NCBI GenBank assembly: GCA_903842365.1
Contig: CAIMLU010000018.1
Span: 1-57,180, forward strand
DNA: 57,180 nucleotides
Direction of reading: 5' to 3'
Origin: an uncultured bacterium
GTDB taxonomy: Bacteria; Patescibacteriota; Minisyncoccia; Phycocordibacterales; UBA6065
Part shown: positions 30,133 to 35,166 of the stretch, in pieces
Position numbering within the stretch: position 1 is the stretch's first letter
Layout: each line of letters begins with the position of its first letter
Made by a program: the position numbers and the translations under genes
The notes under the pieces: generated by a model
Databases searched by the model: none
The model's input: the letters and a program-made list of their open reading frames with translations, nothing else
Told to the model about the DNA's origin: nothing

Positions 30133-30330
30133 AATAAAAAACACACCTCAAGGTGTGTTTTTTATTTGGAGCCGTCGAGGACGCAAACTGCTTTGCGTCC
30201 GTGCTGGATTGAAAGACGGAGCCCTGTTTTTGTAAGACAAAAACAGGCGAGTCGGGGTCGGGAGTACTTAGTCCGCGCAGGGTGTATTCACCAGAGTAGA
30301 CTTAGTAACTCGTGACTAATCCCGGCCGAC
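30133..30330 (+). ncRNA. tRNA-3'-linked structured element, copy E2 (unclassified)
   Basis: Hairpin 30122-30177 includes antisense to the acceptor 3' strand plus CCA. 9-bp hairpin at 30179-30200. T-loop antisense at 30206-30213. GACGGAG core. ACCA-loop hairpin at 30282-30301. Direct copy aatcccggccgac at 30318-30330, and a further partial copy at 30362-30372. Confidence 0.5.
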
Positions 30331-30385
30331 TCCCAATAACAGTGAATCGAGAGGTAAGGGACCCCGGCCGACACACCGTCTTATT

Positions 30386-30414
30386 TTGCAGGGTATGCTG
30401 ATAGGTGATAGAGT
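30386..30414 (+). promoter_or_regulatory. sigma70-like promoter candidate for tRNA-Thr(CGT) (TTGCAG-17-TAGAGT)
   Basis: Hexamers at 30386-30391 and 30409-30414. Confidence 0.3.
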
Positions 30415-30430
30415 GATCGCGTTAATCAAA

Positions 30431-30503
30431 GCCACCTTAGCTCAGCTGGTAGAGCGACGGTATCGTAAACCGTAGGCCCCCGGTTCAAGCCCGGGAGGTG
30501 GAT
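30431..30503 (+). tRNA. tRNA-Thr (CGT), CCA not encoded, G1-A72 mismatch
   Basis: 73-nt cloverleaf with anticodon loop ATCGTAA and T-loop TTCAAGC. The acceptor is GCCACCT/AGGTGGA, which leaves position 1:72 unpaired. Confidence 0.8.
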
Positions 30504-30687
30504 CAAATAAAAATTCCCTTCAGTGGGAATTTTTATTTGAGCCACCTCAGAAAGCCAATCACTTGGCTTTCGTCCGAGCTTGAACGCCGGAGCGGGACCC
30601 ATATCACCAGATATGGGAGCGAGGCGGTGCCCAGCCCGAGACGAGCGACGGCGAGTTGAGAGGCGAGGGAAAGACCCCGGGAGGTGG
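30504..30687 (+). ncRNA. tRNA-3'-linked structured element, copy E3 (unclassified)
   Basis: Hairpin plus T-run at 30507-30537. Acceptor antisense at 30538-30548. 9-bp hairpin at 30550-30571. T-loop antisense at 30578-30585. GCCGGAG core. ACCA-loop hairpin at 30598-30617. Direct copy cccgggaggtgg at 30676-30687. Confidence 0.5.
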
Positions 30688-30693
30688 CTCTCA

Positions 30694-30726
30694 AAAAAAC
30701 ACTGCTTTTTAAAGCAGTGTTTTTTG
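30694..30726. terminator. bidirectional terminator (tRNA/element array versus helicase gene)
   Basis: aaaaaacactgcttt / aaagcagtgtttttt. Confidence 0.7.
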
Positions 30727-30730
30727 TTTT

Positions 30731-32224
30731 TTATTTATTATCAGGAACGAATGTAAGTGCACTGCCCTTTGATGAGCCACGACCAGTACGGCCGACGCGG
30801 TGAACGTATGTTTCGTAATCCTTAGGCACATCGTAGTTAATAACGTGTGTGATGTCCTTGATATCGATACCTCGTGCAGCAACATCAGTTGCAACAACGA
30901 CTTGTACTTCACCTGTAGTGAGTGATCTTACGGCGCTCATTCGTTCGCGGTTACGCATATCACCGTGAAGTGAAAGTGCTTTGAAACCACGCTTACGAAG
31001 TTCAACTCCTAAGTCTTCTACGTGGCGTTTCATTTCACGGAAGATAAGAACTTTCTTGAAATCGGCGGTCTTCAAGAGTTCATGAAGTTTTTCAATTCGA
31101 TCATGAGGACTTACTCGAACAACATCTTGATCAACATTTGAAGCGGTGTCGCGGGTTTTAACCGAGATATGAGCAGGCTCCTTGAGGAAGGTTGCGCAGA
31201 GTGCTTTTATTTCAGGTGGCATGGTTGCCGAGAAAAAGAGACTCTGACGTTCTTTTGGCATCTCTTTCAAGATACTACGAATATCATCAATGAATCCCAT
31301 ATCAAGCATTCGGTCTGCTTCGTCGAGGACAATGCTTCCGAATTTCTCCATTTTAATGTTTCCACGTTCGATCAAGTCTTTGACACGACCTGGAGTTCCA
31401 ATAACGATAGAGAAGCCACGTTCGAGATCGCGCATCTGTCTGTAGATGGGCATACCACCAACGGCAATAACACTGAAGAGGTGCATACCAAAGGCGAATG
31501 CACGAAATTCTGTTTCAATTTGTTGTGCAAGCTCGCGTGTAGGTGCAAGTACCATGACTTTGTGTCCTGGGTTTGCAAGTATTTTCATAATGAGAGGTAA
31601 GAGGAATGCCGCGGTCTTTCCTGTACCGGTGTTTGCAACACCGACAACATCTTTTCCTGTTATGACAGTAGGAATTGCCTGATCCTGAATAGGAGAAGGA
31701 ATCTTATAGCCCTTAAAGGTGATGTTTTTTAAAAGTTCAGGGTGTAAATTGAAATCAGCAAATGTGTGTTTTGGAACATATGCATCTATTTCAACATCCT
31801 TTGCTTTGTTGATGAAAAGTCGTTCTTCAATACCGTTGTGACGTGTTCCAAATGAACCACCTCCACGATGTCCTCCATACGAGGAACGACGGCTACCTCC
31901 GCCACCATAACGTGGACGAGGTGCATACGAAGAGAATGAAGGACGACGGCTAAAACCACCGCTGCGTGGTGCACCGCCAAAAGAAGCACTTGTGCTACGA
32001 GGAGCATATGAAGCGCTTGCTCCATATGACCGAGCAGCTGTTGGTGCACTTCCACTTCGAGGACTATAAGAAGAAGCACCAGCACTACGGGGAGCGCTGT
32101 GATCGCTTTTACTACGACTAAATGATGGGCCGTGACTTGATGTGCCACGACTAGGTTTCCTTGCCCCAGAAGGGAAAGGAGAGACGGAGGTCCTTACGAC
32201 CTTCCATGTTTTGGATTGATACAT
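30731..32224 (-). CDS. DEAD-box ATP-dependent RNA helicase with an N-terminal R/S/G-rich low-complexity extension
   Basis: Q motif GYKIPSPIQ, motif I ANTGTGKTAAF, DEAD, SAT and HRVGRTGR. The first ~130 aa are Arg/Ser/Gly/Tyr-rich. No internal Met precedes the Q motif. Confidence 0.9.
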   Translation of the reverse strand: MYQSKTWKVVRTSVSPFPSGARKPSRGTSSHGPSFSRSKSDHSAPRSAGASSYSPRSGSAPTAARSYGASASYAPRSTSASFGGAPRSGGFSRRPSFSSYAPRPRYGGGGSRRSSYGGHRGGGSFGTRHNGIEERLFINKAKDVEIDAYVPKHTFADFNLHPELLKNITFKGYKIPSPIQDQAIPTVITGKDVVGVANTGTGKTAAFLLPLIMKILANPGHKVMVLAPTRELAQQIETEFRAFAFGMHLFSVIAVGGMPIYRQMRDLERGFSIVIGTPGRVKDLIERGNIKMEKFGSIVLDEADRMLDMGFIDDIRSILKEMPKERQSLFFSATMPPEIKALCATFLKEPAHISVKTRDTASNVDQDVVRVSPHDRIEKLHELLKTADFKKVLIFREMKRHVEDLGVELRKRGFKALSLHGDMRNRERMSAVRSLTTGEVQVVVATDVAARGIDIKDITHVINYDVPKDYETYVHRVGRTGRGSSKGSALTFVPDNK

Positions 32225-32395
32225 TACGTATTGTTGTTTAGCCTGCGAGTATCATTTTTGCGCAAGCTTTCAACAAACGAAGCGACGTAATGATAGAATC
32301 GAAGGAGTATTTGATAACAAGAGCATACTAATACAAGGGGAGGGAAAAGTCAATGTGTGAGGTAAATCAGAGCTCTTTTTGGTGGGGTGGAGTGC

Positions 32396-32424
32396 TTGAC
32401 ATAGATGTATATTAGGTGTATGAT
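32396..32424 (+). promoter_or_regulatory. near-consensus sigma70 promoter candidate (TTGACA-17-TATGAT)
   Basis: Hexamers at 32396-32401 and 32419-32424, about 65 nt upstream of the 32489 ORF. Confidence 0.45.
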
Positions 32425-32488
32425 ACATAGGTAAATAGTACATTGTAAAACCAAAGTGTTTTGGTTGAGTTTGGAAGGAAATAAGTGA

Positions 32489-32893
32489 TTGACTTGCTGG
32501 CGCGTTGCCAAGCGAATCGTAGATTTCCAGGCTGCTGGTAATGCGATTAAAACCATCGGGGAAGAGTTGAAGGGTACGTTACAGGATTTTCTCATTACTC
32601 ATCCAGAGTGGGCCGGTTACGTACTCTGTTGTCCTCAAGATTATCCCCCAGAGGTTATTTTGCAGGTTGGTGTAAAAGCTGTCGATAATAAACGTCGTGC
32701 ATGCTCATCTTCGGTTGGTTTAACCTACGAAAATCTCACCGATGGGGAACTGACAATGTTTACTGGTTTCATGGAAAAGCATGTCGAATCGATCTTGAAT
32801 AAGGGTATGAAAATCCGCCAAGAGAAAGGAAGATACGGCGATGGTATTGTTTGTTATGTTTTTAAGCCCAACTTTGACTGCTTCAAGAAGTGA
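32489..32893 (+). CDS. hypothetical protein
   Basis: 134-aa ORF (TTG start in the track) followed by the terminator at 32902-32931. No homology recognised. Confidence 0.45.
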   Translation: MTCWRVAKRIVDFQAAGNAIKTIGEELKGTLQDFLITHPEWAGYVLCCPQDYPPEVILQVGVKAVDNKRRACSSSVGLTYENLTDGELTMFTGFMEKHVESILNKGMKIRQEKGRYGDGIVCYVFKPNFDCFKK

Positions 32894-32901
32894 TTCCTTA
32901 C

Positions 32902-32931
32902 AACCCGCATCACGAAAGTGCTCTGCGGGTT
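32902..32931. terminator. bidirectional terminator
   Basis: aacccgca / tgcgggtt stem with an inner cac/gtg extension. T-run on + and A-run upstream. Confidence 0.6.
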
Positions 32932-32947
32932 TTTTTATATATAGATG

Positions 32948-33127
32948 AGTGACGGGGTGCTCTCCCTCGGCTTTTTCCTCGCCGTCGCTCAGAAAAGCCT
33001 GGGCACCGCCTCGCTCCCACATCTGGTGATGTGGGTCCCGCTCCGGCGTTCGAGCCCCTTGCGAAAATGCCTTTTCGCACACTTGCGCAAATAAAAAACA
33101 ATCCAATGAAGGATTGTTTTGTATTTG
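32948..33127 (-). ncRNA. tRNA-3'-linked structured element, copy E4 (unclassified)
   Basis: Read on the minus strand. Hairpin 33080-33135 includes acceptor antisense at 33080-33093. 8-bp hairpin at 33060-33079. T-loop antisense at 33048-33055. GCCGGAG core. ACCA-loop hairpin at 33016-33035. Direct copy at 32948-32957. The core is near-identical to E3. Confidence 0.5.
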
Positions 33128-33201
33128 CGCAAGTGACGGGGCTCGAACCCGCAGCCTCTCCCGTGACAGGGGAGTGCTCTAACCAATTGAGCTACACCTG
33201 C
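33128..33201 (-). tRNA. tRNA-Asp (GTC), CCA not encoded
   Basis: 74-nt cloverleaf on the minus strand: GCAGGTG acceptor, anticodon loop CTGTCAC, T-loop TTCGAGC. Confidence 0.9.
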
Positions 33202-33297
33202 GTGTGGAAGTAATCTAACAGAAAAAGCTTTTGGAGGCAATTGGTTGTAAAACGTACAACAAACAACCCACAACAAACAACTTTCAGGAGAGGGGAA

Positions 33298-33559
33298 GGG
33301 TGGGAATCGGTCATAGATAATTCACTCGTCAGACACTCGTGAATTTCCGCGACCCCTCCCTACAGGAGCTGTACACCTTTTGGGTTGAGTACAATCTCAA
33401 AAGGTCTTGCAAAAGCTCCAAGTATTCGCTTTTTCACCTCACGCCCGAATTCTGGTGAATTCGGACTACGCTTCGCTCCGTGCGTTCCGGCTTTCGATTC
33501 CCACCCCCGACACCTATATACAAGACGACCCATGCTCTCGCATAGGTCGTCTTTCCATG
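33298..33559 (-). ncRNA. tRNA-3'-linked structured element, copy E5 (unclassified, longer variant)
   Basis: Read on the minus strand. A 21-nt continuous antisense to the tRNA T-loop, T-stem and acceptor 3' strand lies at 33493-33513 (versus 33559-33579). CGGAG core. ACCA-loop hairpin at 33445-33464. Direct copy gggtgggaatcg at 33298-33309. Confidence 0.45.
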
Positions 33560-33633
33560 TGTCGGGGGTGGGAATCGAACCCACGACCCCAGGCTTATGA
33601 GTCCTGTGCTCTAGCCAACTGAGCTACCCCGAC
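33560..33633 (-). tRNA. tRNA with CAT anticodon (elongator Met, or Ile2 if lysidine-modified), CCA not encoded
   Basis: 74-nt cloverleaf on the minus strand: GTCGGGG acceptor, AGTTGGCTA D-loop, anticodon loop CTCATAA, T-loop TTCGATT. There is an A31-G39 mismatch at the base of the anticodon stem. Confidence 0.82.
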
Positions 33634-33675
33634 ATGTGGAGGAAATACTAATATGAATTTGTCATACTGACAACC

Positions 33676-35166
33676 ATGGGCTCAATCGTGTATACTAATA
33701 CGACAATGATTTCGAGACGATCAAGGACGGTTCTTTTACTATTTGTAGCAATATTTATTGCTCTTGTTCCTGTCGTCTCTGTGTTCGCAGATAAGACTAT
33801 TTTTTATCCAAGTGTCTGTGATGGTGATTGGCGCAAACCCGAAGAAGCAACCAAATCATTCAGCGTTGAAAAGAGTGATGATATCGATTCGTCAAACAGT
33901 GCTGAATCAAATGGTGTTGGTTCTCGCATTGTTTGTTCACATTTTTCGGATGCAGCACTCTCTGATTTAAGACCTATCTCAGTAAAACTTGAGCTCTCTC
34001 TTCGCCCAATTGGTGAGGGAAATACAGAGGCATCATCAACTATCTCTCGGCTTTTGAGCGATGTGACTGCGCATGCTTTTGCGGATGAAATCACACCATT
34101 AGGATTAGAAGGTGGCGTATCTCAAGTCGCAATAACAGAACCTATTTCAACAACACAGGAGAATGCCGTGGAAAATGTAACGCCTTCCGTTGTTGATCAA
34201 TCAACAGCAACCACATCAACCGTTGAGGAGGTGATTGTCCATGAGGTATCAACAACCTCGATTGATGCTGTGTCTACAAGCACTCCTGATGAGCATTTTG
34301 TTCCAGTAGAAGAAATAAAAGAAGCAACTTCAACTGAGGTCGGGTTGGCAACAACGACTGTAGAAGGTCAAATTGCATCCCACCCCGATATTGAGGCTCA
34401 GATCTCTTTTGATGAAGGTGCATCGTGGAACTTTATTGGCGCTGCTACGATTACAAAACCAGAACGTCTCACTTTCGACGTCCCTCTTTCACATTTTGAG
34501 ACAGGGGAAGATCTTTCCCGTGTATCGATTCGTGTTATAAAAACAGCCGGTACATCCGAAGTCCTTTTTGATTCAAGCGCCCTTTCGATTGGATTTGCAA
34601 ATCTCGAAGGCGATGCACGATCGGTTGTAACACGAAATTTGGAATACATGACACCTGATTTAGCAAACAACACAATCGTTTCTATGATAAACCTGTCGAG
34701 GTATAGCATTATGGGTACAACTGATTCAAGTGGTTCTGGATCACTTTGGGTTTATGATGATCAGGCATCACCTGCAACATCAACCTTTAGAATTGCCTCA
34801 TCAACTACTTTTTCTACAGGATTTTCAGTTGCAATTAAGGACGGTATTATTTTTTGGCTTACTGACAGCAAGACCGTGTATGGGTTTAGGTTGAGTGATG
34901 GGCGATTCCTCATCCCGCTTTCGCATGATGTGCTTGAAACAGGTGAAGTTAATTTCTCATTCTTTGAAACGAAATGGAAGGTAATATCACGTGGGGGAAG
35001 TATCTTTTTTTCGACGCTCGAATCTGGCGAGCTGGCAGGGGATGATGACGGAGTTCTTCGTGAATCTTTTTATCATAAAAATATCGAACCCAATTTAACT
35101 GTGGAGGCAAAGACTGATATGGAACGGTTTGGTGTAACGGACGACACTGTCCCTCCTGAAAGATGA
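33676..35166 (+). CDS. secreted/anchored hypothetical protein (first gene of the surface operon)
   Basis: 496 aa. Signal or anchor is MISRRSRTVLLLFVAIFIALVPVVSVFA (alternative start ATG at 33706). Contains an acidic, T/S/E-rich linker. No homology recognised. Confidence 0.65.
   Translation: MGSIVYTNTTMISRRSRTVLLLFVAIFIALVPVVSVFADKTIFYPSVCDGDWRKPEEATKSFSVEKSDDIDSSNSAESNGVGSRIVCSHFSDAALSDLRPISVKLELSLRPIGEGNTEASSTISRLLSDVTAHAFADEITPLGLEGGVSQVAITEPISTTQENAVENVTPSVVDQSTATTSTVEEVIVHEVSTTSIDAVSTSTPDEHFVPVEEIKEATSTEVGLATTTVEGQIASHPDIEAQISFDEGASWNFIGAATITKPERLTFDVPLSHFETGEDLSRVSIRVIKTAGTSEVLFDSSALSIGFANLEGDARSVVTRNLEYMTPDLANNTIVSMINLSRYSIMGTTDSSGSGSLWVYDDQASPATSTFRIASSTTFSTGFSVAIKDGIIFWLTDSKTVYGFRLSDGRFLIPLSHDVLETGEVNFSFFETKWKVISRGGSIFFSTLESGELAGDDDGVLRESFYHKNIEPNLTVEAKTDMERFGVTDDTVPPER

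Noticed and set aside
29709-30687. Group I or other intron interrupting the tRNA T-arm, with the downstream 3'-end copy as the true 3' exon
   Set aside because: The gene-proximal copies are complete tRNAs for fMet, Thr-GGT, Asp and Met. The downstream copies of Thr-GGT and Asp cannot form an acceptor stem. No consistent U/G splice-site pair or recognisable P3-P9 core was seen. Only Thr-CGT would benefit from splicing, and that case is reported separately.
29777-33622. Short ORFs overlapping the tRNA genes and their 3' elements (29777-29962, 30088-30315, 32910-33101, 32989-33276, 33031-33213, 33360-33584, 33385-33600, 33407-33622)
   Set aside because: They run through tRNA genes and palindromic hairpins. 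The five elements do not conserve them as reading frames, and they have arbitrary composition. Conservation here is at the RNA-structure level.
29638-33633. CRISPR array or ordinary prophage attL/attR remnant as an explanation for the repeated tRNA 3' ends
   Set aside because: The repeats differ at each locus and match their own tRNA, so this is not a repeat-spacer array. Five different tRNAs each carry a ~200-nt segment with the same internal architecture and covarying hairpins, which is not what independent decayed prophages would leave. An integrase-dependent origin is kept as one hypothesis in the findings.
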